Shown here: positions 18,477 to 27,348 of the stretch, one piece after another | How positions within the stretch are numbered: the stretch's first letter is position 1 | Layout: every line of letters starts with the position of its first letter | From: Bacillota bacterium | Lineage (GTDB): Bacteria; Bacillota_I; Bacilli_A; RF39; UBA660 | DNA length: 64,000 bases | Assembly (NCBI GenBank): GCA_015059405.1 | Contig: SVAL01000008.1 | Location: forward strand, 8,733-72,732 | Direction of reading: 5' to 3' | Notes under the pieces: model-generated | Seen by the model: the letters and a program-made list of their open reading frames with translations, nothing else | The model's database searches: none | What the model was told of the DNA's origin: nothing | Position numbers and translations under genes: made by a program

Positions 18477-20045
18477 ATGATAAAAAACAAGAGAATAAAA
18501 AAATGGGGTTTTTTAGTTAGTTTATTTGTTTTATTTTTGATTGCACCTTTTAGAGTAAATGCTTTACAAGAATTAGTACTTTTTGGGGATGATTCAATAT
18601 CTCCAGGTACAACTGTTAGATATAAGATTCAACTTAATTCTGATGATTTAACTTCAATTACTAGTTTTTCTACTAGTGTTTATTATGAAAGTACAGTTTT
18701 TACTTTAACAGGAGTAGAAACAGAAAATAATTGGAATTGTGGAGAAAATGGCAATATTGTTTCAGGTGGAGTTGTAAAATGTACTCATTCAACTGGAATG
18801 GTAGGTAATAGTAATGTTGCGACTCTTGTTTTTAAAGTTAATGCAAGTGCAACTTCTAATTATTCTTATATTACTTTAAGAGATTCAAAGTATTCTTATA
18901 ATGATGGTACTGGTGCTATTGTTACACCACAATTAGAAGAAATAACTAAAGATTTATCTGTTAAGTCAGCAGATGCTACTTTATCTGATATTAAGATAAA
19001 TGGTGAAAGTATTGAAGGATTTGCATCAGATGTATTTGAGTATGATGTAAATATTGATCCTACTTTGGATGTTGCTAGTATTAATGCAGTTTTTAATAAT
19101 TCTAAAGCTCGTTTTAAAGATGGTTTTGGAAATAGAGATATTACATTAAATTATGGTAGTAATGTTGTTGATATAGTTGTTATTAGTGAAAGTGGTATTG
19201 AACAATTATATAGACTTAATATTGTAAGAGAGGATATTAGAAGTACTGATACTACATTATCTGGATTAATAGTAGATGGTGTTAGTGTTCCTAATTTTAA
19301 AAGTAATGTTTATAAATATAGTATTATAAAATATAAGGTTGATACTTTAGATATAGTTGGTACTCCTAATGATGAAAATGCGACTGTTACTGTTATTCCT
19401 CCGGTTACTGTTTTACCAGGTGATAATAGTTATATAGTTGTAGTTACTTCTGAAAATGGTAATACTGCTAATTATACTATTATTGTAAATAATGTAGTTG
19501 ATACAATTAGTAAGAAACTTAAAAATTTATCTATAAAGGGATATATAATTGATTTTGATAAGAATAATAATAGATACGAAATTAGTTATAATAAAACTAA
19601 ATTCAAAGATTTACATATTTATTTTTCAACAGTTAGTAATAATGATTTAGTTACTGCAGTACTTAGTCCCGATATTAATAATGATAAGGAAGCATTATCT
19701 AAATTGAAACCAGGTGATGTTATTAAGGTTACTGTTACTGGTATTGATAATGAAAGTGTTGAATATACAATTGTTATTACTGAAGATACAAGAGTTAGTT
19801 TCTTCTTAATATTAGAATTATTCTTAATGGTTGTTATTATTGTAGTAGTTGCGATTATTCTTAATAAGAGAAAGAAAAATGCAAATAAGAAAACAAAGAA
19901 AACTGCTGTAAAGAAGGATGATAAGTCTAAAACTACTAAGACTTCTTCTAAGAAAGAAGAAAAGAAAAAGAAGTTTTCTATTTTCGAAGAAGAAGATTTA
20001 GATAGTACTAAGGAATTAACTGATGAAGAGTTAAATTTAAAATAA
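18477..20045 (+). CDS. Surface protein: signal peptide, cohesin-like domain, cadherin-like beta-sandwich repeats, C-terminal TM and Lys-rich tail
   Basis: Repeats ATLSDIKINGESIEGFASDVFEYDV / TTLSGLIVDGVSVPNFKSNVYKYSI; TM FFLILELFLMVVIIVVVAIIL followed by KRKKNANKK. Confidence 0.6.
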   Translation: MIKNKRIKKWGFLVSLFVLFLIAPFRVNALQELVLFGDDSISPGTTVRYKIQLNSDDLTSITSFSTSVYYESTVFTLTGVETENNWNCGENGNIVSGGVVKCTHSTGMVGNSNVATLVFKVNASATSNYSYITLRDSKYSYNDGTGAIVTPQLEEITKDLSVKSADATLSDIKINGESIEGFASDVFEYDVNIDPTLDVASINAVFNNSKARFKDGFGNRDITLNYGSNVVDIVVISESGIEQLYRLNIVREDIRSTDTTLSGLIVDGVSVPNFKSNVYKYSIIKYKVDTLDIVGTPNDENATVTVIPPVTVLPGDNSYIVVVTSENGNTANYTIIVNNVVDTISKKLKNLSIKGYIIDFDKNNNRYEISYNKTKFKDLHIYFSTVSNNDLVTAVLSPDINNDKEALSKLKPGDVIKVTVTGIDNESVEYTIVITEDTRVSFFLILELFLMVVIIVVVAIILNKRKKNANKKTKKTAVKKDDKSKTTKTSSKKEEKKKKFSIFEEEDLDSTKELTDEELNLK

Positions 20046-20051
20046 TAAATA

Positions 20052-20086
20052 ATAGAAATAAACTTTTGTTTATTTCTATATTTTTC
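20052..20086 (+). terminator. Rho-independent terminator
   Basis: 12-bp stem atagaaataaac/gtttatttctat, tttt loop, T-rich tail. Confidence 0.8.
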
Positions 20087-20097
20087 TGGAGGTATAT

Positions 20098-20619
20098 ATG
20101 AATATATTTGTTCCTAATAGTTATTATAAGACTGTTTATGATATTGATTATGATAGGTTAAAGAAAAATAAAATTAAATGTATTATGTTTGATTTAGATA
20201 ATACTTTAGCTTTAGTAGATGAGGGGATACCTCCTGAAAAGGTAATTAAATTTATTCAAAAACTTAATAAGAATTTTGATACTTATATTATTTCTAATAA
20301 TAATAGAAAACGTATTGAAAAGTTCTGTAGTTATTTTGATTCAACTTTTGTTGCTTTTGCTTTAAAACCTATGACTAAGGGATTTAGAGAAATTAAGAAA
20401 ATAGGAAATTACAAGCCAGAAGAAATGTGTATGATAGGGGATCAAGTAATGACTGATATTTTGGGTGGTAATAGATTTGGTTGTTATACTATACTTGTTG
20501 ATCCTTTAGGAAAAAAAGATTTAAAGATTACATCTGTTAATAGATTTTTAGAAAAGATTGTTGTTAAAAGATTAACTAAAAAAGGGGTTTTGGAAAGAGG
20601 TAAATATTATGAACGATAA
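20098..20619 (+). CDS. yqeG: YqeG-family HAD phosphatase
   Basis: FDLDNTL HAD motif I, GDQVMTDILGG motif; yqeG-yqeH synteny. Confidence 0.85.
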   Translation: MNIFVPNSYYKTVYDIDYDRLKKNKIKCIMFDLDNTLALVDEGIPPEKVIKFIQKLNKNFDTYIISNNNRKRIEKFCSYFDSTFVAFALKPMTKGFREIKKIGNYKPEEMCMIGDQVMTDILGGNRFGCYTILVDPLGKKDLKITSVNRFLEKIVVKRLTKKGVLERGKYYER

Positions 20620-21613
20620 GATTTGTATTGGTTGTGGTGCTAAACTTCAAGATGAGAATATTGCATTAGAAGGTTACACTACAAATATAGAGAATGATAT
20701 ATGTAGTCGTTGTTTTAGAATGAAGAATTATGGTGAATATCAAATAGTTACAAAATCTAATGATGAATATATCGAAATATTAAAAGAGGTAGATAAGACT
20801 AAGGATTTAGTTTTATATATAGTAGATGCTTTAAATTTTGGAGAAGATATTACTAGTATAAGAAATTATATTTCTAATAATATGATTCTTGTTGTTAATA
20901 AAAAGGATGTTTTACCTAAAAGTGTTAAAGATAGTAAGTTAATTGCTTATTTAAAGAATTTAGGATTAGATTTTAAAGATATAATAGTTGTTAGTTGTCA
21001 TAAGAATTATAATATAGATGAATTAATGGCTATGATAAAGAAATATAAATCTAGTAAAAATGTTTATGTTGTTGGTAATACTAATGTAGGTAAGAGTAGT
21101 TTAATTAATAAGTTAATTAAAAATTATTCTGAATATGAAGGAGAGCTTACTATTTCGCCAATGCCATCTACAACTTTAAATAAAATAAGTATTAAGTTAA
21201 GTGATGATTTAACTATTATAGACACTCCTGGTTTAGTTAATAGGGGTAATATTATTAATTATGTAGATAATAGTTTATTAAAGAAGATTAATCCTAAAAA
21301 AGAGATTAAACCTAAGACTTATCAAATAAAGAGTGGTCAATGTTTAGTAGTTGGAGATTTATTTAGAATAGATTATGTTGAGGGTGGAAAAAATAGTTTT
21401 ACTTTATATGTATCAAATGATTTAAAGGTAAAAAGATATAATATGAATAAGTGTACTTTATTAAAGGATCATCCTAAAACAACATATGATGTTGGTTATC
21501 ATAAGGATTTAGTAGTTGATGGATTAGGATTTGTAAAAATAGTAGTTGCTTGTAAGGTTGATGTTTATGTTGATATAAATGTTAATGTGTTTGAAAGGGA
21601 CTCTGTTATATAA
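20609..21613 (+). CDS. yqeH: Ribosome biogenesis GTPase YqeH (circularly permuted)
   Basis: N-terminal CxxC..CxRC zinc finger; NKKD precedes GNTNVGKSSLIN. Confidence 0.85.
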   Translation: MNDKICIGCGAKLQDENIALEGYTTNIENDICSRCFRMKNYGEYQIVTKSNDEYIEILKEVDKTKDLVLYIVDALNFGEDITSIRNYISNNMILVVNKKDVLPKSVKDSKLIAYLKNLGLDFKDIIVVSCHKNYNIDELMAMIKKYKSSKNVYVVGNTNVGKSSLINKLIKNYSEYEGELTISPMPSTTLNKISIKLSDDLTIIDTPGLVNRGNIINYVDNSLLKKINPKKEIKPKTYQIKSGQCLVVGDLFRIDYVEGGKNSFTLYVSNDLKVKRYNMNKCTLLKDHPKTTYDVGYHKDLVVDGLGFVKIVVACKVDVYVDINVNVFERDSVI

Positions 21614-21617
21614 TTTG

Positions 21618-21643
21618 AGAAAACTTCATTGTTTTCTTTTTTT
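21618..21643 (+). terminator. Rho-independent terminator
   Basis: agaaaac/gttttct stem followed by a T-run. Confidence 0.7.
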
Positions 21644-21712
21644 ATTTGTAAAAAAGGGTCAAAAAGTTTGTCTTTATACGCTTGTTGTATTATAATTAAT
21701 ATGGGTGTAAAT

Positions 21713-22435
21713 ATGAAAATAAACGTTAAAAATATAGATGTTAATTACATACAATATGGTAAGGGTAAAGATTTAGTGTTACTTCATGGATGGGGACAAA
21801 ATATAGAAATGATGAGACCTTTAGGTGATAGACTTGAAAGTGATTATCGTATAACAATTATTGATTTACCAGGATTTGGGGATAGTGAAGAACCAAAAGA
21901 GGTTTGGAGTGTTGAAGATTATTGTTGTATGGTAGAAGAACTTTTAAAGAAAATAAAGGTAAAGAAACCAACAATGATAGGTCATTCTTTTGGTGGGAGA
22001 GTATCAATTGTTTATGCATCAAGAAATGATGTAGATAAAGTTATTTTATTTGGTAGTCCTTGTATTAGAAAAGAAGAAAAGTTAAGTTTAAAAGTTAGAA
22101 CTTTAAAATTTATGAAAAAGGTACCAGTTATAAATAAATTAGAAGGTTTTGCGAAGAAACATATCGGTAGTCGTGATTATAAAAATGCTAGTGATATGAT
22201 GCGAAAGATTTTAGTAGAAACTGTTAATAAAGATTTATCAGAATATGCTAAAAAAATTACAGCTCCGACACTTCTTATGTGGGGAGATAATGATAGTGAA
22301 GAACCTGTAGAAAATGCAAGAGAATTAGAAGGTATTATGAAAGATGCAGGACTTGTTGTTTTTCCTAATTCTACTCATTATGCTTATTTAGAAAACATTG
22401 TTCAGGTTGTTAAAATAATTAAAGAATTTGTTTAG
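21713..22435 (+). CDS. Alpha/beta hydrolase
   Basis: HGWG oxyanion region, GHSFGG nucleophile elbow, C-terminal His (STHYA). The start was moved past the terminator. Confidence 0.8.
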   Translation: MKINVKNIDVNYIQYGKGKDLVLLHGWGQNIEMMRPLGDRLESDYRITIIDLPGFGDSEEPKEVWSVEDYCCMVEELLKKIKVKKPTMIGHSFGGRVSIVYASRNDVDKVILFGSPCIRKEEKLSLKVRTLKFMKKVPVINKLEGFAKKHIGSRDYKNASDMMRKILVETVNKDLSEYAKKITAPTLLMWGDNDSEEPVENARELEGIMKDAGLVVFPNSTHYAYLENIVQVVKIIKEFV

Positions 22436-22445
22436 GAGGGTTTAT

Positions 22446-24059
22446 ATGTTTATATGTGCTTATTTAATTATGGCAGTTATATATCTTTATTCAATGATAA
22501 AGATGAGAAGAAGTTTACATATGCTTCAACAAAACTTATATAATGAAAATAATCGTTATTTAAAGTGGGTTAGTAAGAATAAAAAAGAAATATATAAGAA
22601 TTTAGATATGTTTGGATTGTTATTTACTTTTTTATTTGCATGGGGATTTAATACATATGTTGCTTATTATTTTACTGGTGTTATAGTACTTCTTTATATA
22701 GTTTGTACATATTTATTTATTAAAGAAAGAAAAAAAGATCAAAATAAAAAACCACTGGTAATTACTTCTAGAATTAAAAGATTAATTATTACTACTATGG
22801 TTTTATATTTAATACCATGTGTATGTGGATATTTTATTAAGAGTAATTTAAATGATTTTATATTTATTTTATCAATAATGGCAGTACTAAATTTTTATGT
22901 AGTATTTATAGCTAAGATAATTAATAGTCCTATTGAAAAATTAGTATATAAGTATTATGAAAGTAAAGCTAAAAGAAAGTTAGCTAGTATGCCTAATTTG
23001 AAAGTTATAGGTATTACTGGTAGTTATGGTAAGACTAGTAGTAAAAATATTCTAGCTGATGTATTAAATGTTAAATTTAATGCACTTCCTACACCTAAGA
23101 GTTTAAATACTTTTAATGGTTTAATGATTACTGTTAATAATAAATTAACTAAGTTTGATGATTGTTTTATAGCAGAAATGGGTGCTTATGTTAAGGGTGA
23201 AATTAATGGTTTATGTGAGCTTGTTAATCCTAAATATGGGATAATTACTAGTATAGGTACTGCTCATTTAGCTACTTTTGGAAGTGAAAAGAATATTCTT
23301 GATGCGAAGATGGAATTGATTGAGTATTTACCAAAAGATGGTATTGGTGTACTAAATAGAGATGATGAAAAACAAAAAAGTTATGTAATTAAGAAAAAAG
23401 ATCATTGTCGTATATTATGGATTGGTATTGATACTAAAGATGAAGTTGATGTTAGAGCATCTAATATTAAATGTAATAATGAGGGTACTAGTTTTATATG
23501 TACTTTTAAGGGTGATAAGAATAAGTATGAGTTTCATACAAGACTTTTAGGTAAACATAATGTATATAATATAATAGCTTCTTTAGCTTTAGGATATGAA
23601 TTTGGTATTAGTATTGAAAAGTTACAACAAGCAGTTAGAAAGATTAAACCTGTTGAACATAGATTAGAAATTAAACCTTTTCCAAATTTCTATCAAATAG
23701 ATGATGCGTATAACTCTAATCCAGTTGGTGCTAAGGGTGCAGTTGATGTTCTTGGAATGATGGATGGAATGAAAGTTGTTGTAACTCCGGGAATGGTTGA
23801 ACTTGGAGAAAAAGAAGAATATTATAATAAAGAGTTTGGAAAACAAATTGCAGAAGTAGCTGATAAAGTTATTCTAGTAGGGGCAAAGAAAACAAAACCT
23901 ATTTTAGAAGGATTAAAAGAAGCTAAATTTAAAGAAGAAAATATAGATGTTATAAATGATGTTAGGGAAGCATATAAAATTTTAAATAGTATTAATTCTA
24001 AGAAAAAGATTTATGCATTATTTGAAAATGATTTACCTGATACATATAATGAAAAGTAG
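22446..24059 (+). CDS. murF: MurF-like Mur ligase with an N-terminal polytopic membrane domain of about 190 aa
   Basis: aggaggg RBS before ATG 22446; about 5 TM helices; GITGSYGKTSSK P-loop, DDAYNSNP motif; sits directly upstream of ddl. Confidence 0.75.
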   Translation: MFICAYLIMAVIYLYSMIKMRRSLHMLQQNLYNENNRYLKWVSKNKKEIYKNLDMFGLLFTFLFAWGFNTYVAYYFTGVIVLLYIVCTYLFIKERKKDQNKKPLVITSRIKRLIITTMVLYLIPCVCGYFIKSNLNDFIFILSIMAVLNFYVVFIAKIINSPIEKLVYKYYESKAKRKLASMPNLKVIGITGSYGKTSSKNILADVLNVKFNALPTPKSLNTFNGLMITVNNKLTKFDDCFIAEMGAYVKGEINGLCELVNPKYGIITSIGTAHLATFGSEKNILDAKMELIEYLPKDGIGVLNRDDEKQKSYVIKKKDHCRILWIGIDTKDEVDVRASNIKCNNEGTSFICTFKGDKNKYEFHTRLLGKHNVYNIIASLALGYEFGISIEKLQQAVRKIKPVEHRLEIKPFPNFYQIDDAYNSNPVGAKGAVDVLGMMDGMKVVVTPGMVELGEKEEYYNKEFGKQIAEVADKVILVGAKKTKPILEGLKEAKFKEENIDVINDVREAYKILNSINSKKKIYALFENDLPDTYNEK

Positions 24060-24072
24060 GAGGATGAGATAA

Positions 24073-25272
24073 ATGATAAAAGTTGGTGTAATTTTTGGTG
24101 GAGAAAGTGTTGAACATGAAGTAAGTATCATTTCAGCAATTCAAGCCATGAATAAAATGGATAGTGAAAAATATGAAATAGTTCCTATCTATATTACAAA
24201 AGATGGTGAATGGTTTACAGGAGATTTCTTAAAAGAAATTGAAACATTCCAAGATATGAGTTTAATTAAGAAATATGCGAAAAATGTAATTTTATATAGA
24301 AGAAATGGTAGTTATGTACTTCAAAGTAAAGGGTTCTTTAGAAGTATAGTTAAAGAAATTGATATAGCATTTCCTATAGTACATGGTACAAATGTAGAAG
24401 ATGGTGTATTACAAGGATATTTAAAAACTATTGGGATTCCTTTTGTTGGAAGTGATGTTTGTGCTGCTGCATTAGGACAAGATAAAATATTCCAAAAACA
24501 AGTATGGGGAAGTGAAGGATTACCTATTCCTAACTATACTTGGTTCTATGATAGTGAATATGAAGAAAATCCAGAAGAAGTTATTAAAAAGATTGAAAAG
24601 ATTAAATATCCAGTTATTGTTAAACCAGCAACTTTAGGTAGTAGTGTTGGTATTAATGTTGCTCATGATAAAGAAGAACTTGTTAAAGCTTTAGAAGATG
24701 CAATTACTTATGATAATAAAGTATTAGTAGAAGAAGTTATTAATAATTTAGTAGAAGTAAATGTAAGTGTTGTTGGTAATTATGATAGTCAAGATACTAG
24801 TGTAATTGAGCAAGTTTTAACTGGTAATGATTTACTTACTTATGAAGATAAATATATTGGTGGAAAAAAACGTGGTGCTAGTAAAGGAATGCTTTCTGCT
24901 ACTCGTAAGATTCCAGCAGATATTGGTGATAAATTAACTAATGAAGTAAAAGACGTTGCTGTAAGAGCATTTAAAGCACTTAATTTAAGTGGTGATGTTA
25001 GAATAGACTTCTTAATTGATTCTAAGAAAAAGAATGTTTATATTAATGAAGTTAATACTATTCCTGGTTCACTTGCTTTCTATTTATGGGAACCTATTGG
25101 AAAAGATTATACTGAGTTGTTAGATGAACTTATAAACATTGCAGTAAAAGATTATAAGAAGAGAATTAATAAGACTCATTCTTTTGATTCAAATATCTTA
25201 AGTGGATTTACTGGTGGATTAAAGGGAAGTAAAGGTTGTAAGGGTCTTAAAGGGGTTAAATCATTAAAGTAA
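24073..25272 (+). CDS. ddl: D-alanine--D-alanine ligase
   Basis: MIKVGVIFGGESVEHEVS start and ATP-grasp motifs (IVKPATLGSSVGI, EVNTIPG). Unusual C-terminal GGLKGSKGCKGLKGVKSLK tail. Confidence 0.9.
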   Translation: MIKVGVIFGGESVEHEVSIISAIQAMNKMDSEKYEIVPIYITKDGEWFTGDFLKEIETFQDMSLIKKYAKNVILYRRNGSYVLQSKGFFRSIVKEIDIAFPIVHGTNVEDGVLQGYLKTIGIPFVGSDVCAAALGQDKIFQKQVWGSEGLPIPNYTWFYDSEYEENPEEVIKKIEKIKYPVIVKPATLGSSVGINVAHDKEELVKALEDAITYDNKVLVEEVINNLVEVNVSVVGNYDSQDTSVIEQVLTGNDLLTYEDKYIGGKKRGASKGMLSATRKIPADIGDKLTNEVKDVAVRAFKALNLSGDVRIDFLIDSKKKNVYINEVNTIPGSLAFYLWEPIGKDYTELLDELINIAVKDYKKRINKTHSFDSNILSGFTGGLKGSKGCKGLKGVKSLK

Positions 25273-25298
25273 AACAATAAAACAATATTCTACAGGGG

Positions 25299-26444
25299 GT
25301 GGAAGTATTGAACGACAATTTTGAATCTAGTTTAGGACAAGTTAGTGAAGAAATGCTTAAGTATATAGGTGTTACTAACTTAGACTTTAGAACTTCTTTA
25401 TCTAAAGATGATTTAGAAGAAGTAAAGAGACTATTATTTTCAATGAATACATTAATGCAAGTCACTTTTAAAGATGGTGTTAATGTAGAAGATATTGAAA
25501 ATGTTAAGCACTTGATTGAGTTATCACCAATGTGTGATGATAGAAAAATTGAAAAAATGATACTAAAAAAGAATAATCCTGTAGAAATTAAAAAGTTATT
25601 AGCAATGCCGTTTGTAAACCCCGATACTTGGCATATAGCGTATGATGTTAAAGATGAGACTTATATGATTACAACACTTCCTAATTATAGAGTTATGGAA
25701 GAGTATATAAATATAGTTTTATCTTGTATAAATGATGATATGACGCTTCTTGAAAAGATAAAAGAAGTATATGATTTTGTTAAATTGTTAGAGTATGATA
25801 TTAATGGTAGTTATAGAATTCCTGATATTACTAATAGTAGAAAAACTAATAGTTTAGGATTTAATCTAATATTTAAAGAGATATTAAATAGAATAGGAAT
25901 TAATTCATATGTTGGAGAAATATCAAGAAGTGGTGTACTTGAATATTTAACAATTATAGATATAGAAGATTCTAAATATGAACTTTCTGGTATATATGTA
26001 TTTGATCCTTCTTCGGATTCTATTCCAAAAGAAATGTATAAAAGTGATGCGATTAGAAAAGTTAATTATAATTTCTTTTGTTTAACTTTAAGTCAAATTA
26101 TAAATACAAAAGAAGAGGATAAATTATTAGGATTATTAAACTTACTTAATGGAGATTCTTTAGAATATTTTAGTAGAAAAATAGATTCTAAAGAAAAGAA
26201 GAATCTAGAAGAGAGTTTTGGTTATGATTATAAAAAAGTATTTGAAAGAGTTAAAAATACTAAGAAGTTTAATGAAGATAAGTTGTTAGAATTTTTAATA
26301 AATACTATTCATAAAGAAGATTTTCTTGGATTAAATAGAAATATAAGTGATTTGTTAAGTAATAATTATACTTTAAGAAAGAAAGAATTGTTTAAAGAAG
26401 AAAAAGAGATTGAACTTGATAAAATAAGTATTCATGATATTTAA
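25299..26444 (+). CDS. Hypothetical protein
   Basis: Long ORF with GTG start after aggggg; no motif recognised. Confidence 0.5.
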   Translation: MEVLNDNFESSLGQVSEEMLKYIGVTNLDFRTSLSKDDLEEVKRLLFSMNTLMQVTFKDGVNVEDIENVKHLIELSPMCDDRKIEKMILKKNNPVEIKKLLAMPFVNPDTWHIAYDVKDETYMITTLPNYRVMEEYINIVLSCINDDMTLLEKIKEVYDFVKLLEYDINGSYRIPDITNSRKTNSLGFNLIFKEILNRIGINSYVGEISRSGVLEYLTIIDIEDSKYELSGIYVFDPSSDSIPKEMYKSDAIRKVNYNFFCLTLSQIINTKEEDKLLGLLNLLNGDSLEYFSRKIDSKEKKNLEESFGYDYKKVFERVKNTKKFNEDKLLEFLINTIHKEDFLGLNRNISDLLSNNYTLRKKELFKEEKEIELDKISIHDI

Positions 26445-26472
26445 AAAGATTATAAAATATAATCTTTTTTTA
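26445..26472 (+). terminator. Rho-independent terminator
   Basis: aaagattata/tataatcttt stem followed by a T-run. Confidence 0.7.
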
Positions 26473-26516
26473 ATTTATAAAAAATGATATTATAGGGGTG
26501 AAATGGAGTAGTAGTT

Positions 26517-26930
26517 ATGAAAAAGAAAGTTTTAATTATAAGTAGTATTATTATATTTGTTTTAATTTTAGGAATATCATTATTTTTTATTTTAGATAAA
26601 GATGAAGAACCAATTAAATTAAAAGATTTTTCTTTTGTAAATGTTGATGAAATTAAAACAAAAGAGATAAGTACTTTAGATGATAATATAGTTAGTGTTA
26701 GAGATATTAGAATTAGTGATGGTTATTTAGAAGGTATAGTTTTTATTAATGGTGATAAAAGTTTTAATAAATTAAAAGTATTAGTTAGTTTATATGATAT
26801 AGATGGTAATTTATTAGATGAGATAAGTTTTGAGTTTGAAAACATGGCTCCATATGAAGAAAGAGATTTATTTTATGCGATACAAAAAGATTTAAGTAAT
26901 GCTTATTATGTAGATATAAAAGAAGGATAA
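26517..26930 (+). CDS. Membrane-anchored hypothetical protein
   Basis: N-terminal TM VLIISSIIIFVLILGISLFFIL; soluble domain of about 100 aa. Confidence 0.5.
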   Translation: MKKKVLIISSIIIFVLILGISLFFILDKDEEPIKLKDFSFVNVDEIKTKEISTLDDNIVSVRDIRISDGYLEGIVFINGDKSFNKLKVLVSLYDIDGNLLDEISFEFENMAPYEERDLFYAIQKDLSNAYYVDIKEG

Positions 26931-26946
26931 AACCTTCTTTTTTTAT
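26920..26946 (+). terminator. Rho-independent terminator
   Basis: aagaagg/ccttctt stem followed by a T-run. Confidence 0.75.
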
Positions 26947-27044
26947 AGGAAAAATAAAACAAAAGAATATTAATATATAATGATACATTTGATAATCAGA
27001 TGCTTTTCCTTCTAAAACAGGGGATAAGAAGGGTGGTGATAGTT

Positions 27045-27122
27045 ATGACAAAAAGAGAAATATCTCTATTTATTATAATTATTTTCCAATATGTAATAAT
27101 ATTTATATTATTATTAAAATAA
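27045..27122 (+). CDS. Candidate 25-aa hydrophobic peptide (type I toxin-like)
   Basis: agaagggtggtga RBS; MTKREISLFIIIIFQYVIIFILLLK (charged N-terminus plus one TM); the stop abuts the hairpin at 27128-27157. Confidence 0.3.
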   Translation: MTKREISLFIIIIFQYVIIFILLLK

Positions 27123-27240
27123 AAAAAGCATCTGCTCACTAAAGTGAGTTCAGATGCAAACCAAAACAGGGAATGCATTTGATCATCCCTAATCAAATGT
27201 ATCCTTTTTATTTTATGAAGATTTCTTCATCTACATACAT
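27116..27240 (-). ncRNA. Candidate antisense sRNA of about 110-125 nt, convergent with the small ORF
   Basis: On the minus strand: hairpins atgaag/cttcat, catttgat/atcaaatg (loop UAGGGAUG), atgca/tgcat, then terminator gcatctg..cagatgc plus U7. The 5' end is guessed from a weak TTTACA-N17/18-TATGTT. Confidence 0.3.
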
Positions 27241-27260
27241 AATAACATATAAAAACATTA

Positions 27261-27320
27261 GTGTAAATGTAAAAAGTATAAATGTAAAACCTTGACAAAA
27301 GACCGGGGGGGAGGTAAGAT
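27261..27320 (+). promoter_or_regulatory. Promoter TTGACA-17-TAAGAT (27292-27320) preceded by three TGTAAA repeats
   Basis: Consensus -35; the block aaatgtaaaaccTTG is shared with 14909-14923. Confidence 0.55.
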
Positions 27321-27348
27321 TTAAATAGATAATAGAGGAGTATGTCAA

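Noticed and set aside
26982-27203. Invertible DNA switch (12-bp inverted repeats flanking about 198 bp upstream of the pilin gene, with an orientation-dependent terminator)
   Set aside because: The inverted repeats are only 12 bp and no recombinase gene is nearby. The pilin promoter lies downstream of the element, so inversion would not gate it. RNA-level pairing within a type I TA module explains the repeats better. Read-pair orientation analysis could still test inversion.
26947-27348. c-di-GMP or other riboswitch in the long leader upstream of the pilin-like gene
   Set aside because: I could not match the GEMM-I (GGCAAACC..GGGACGCAAAGCC) or c-di-GMP-II core sequences. The consensus promoter at 27292-27320 leaves only about 25 nt of leader.
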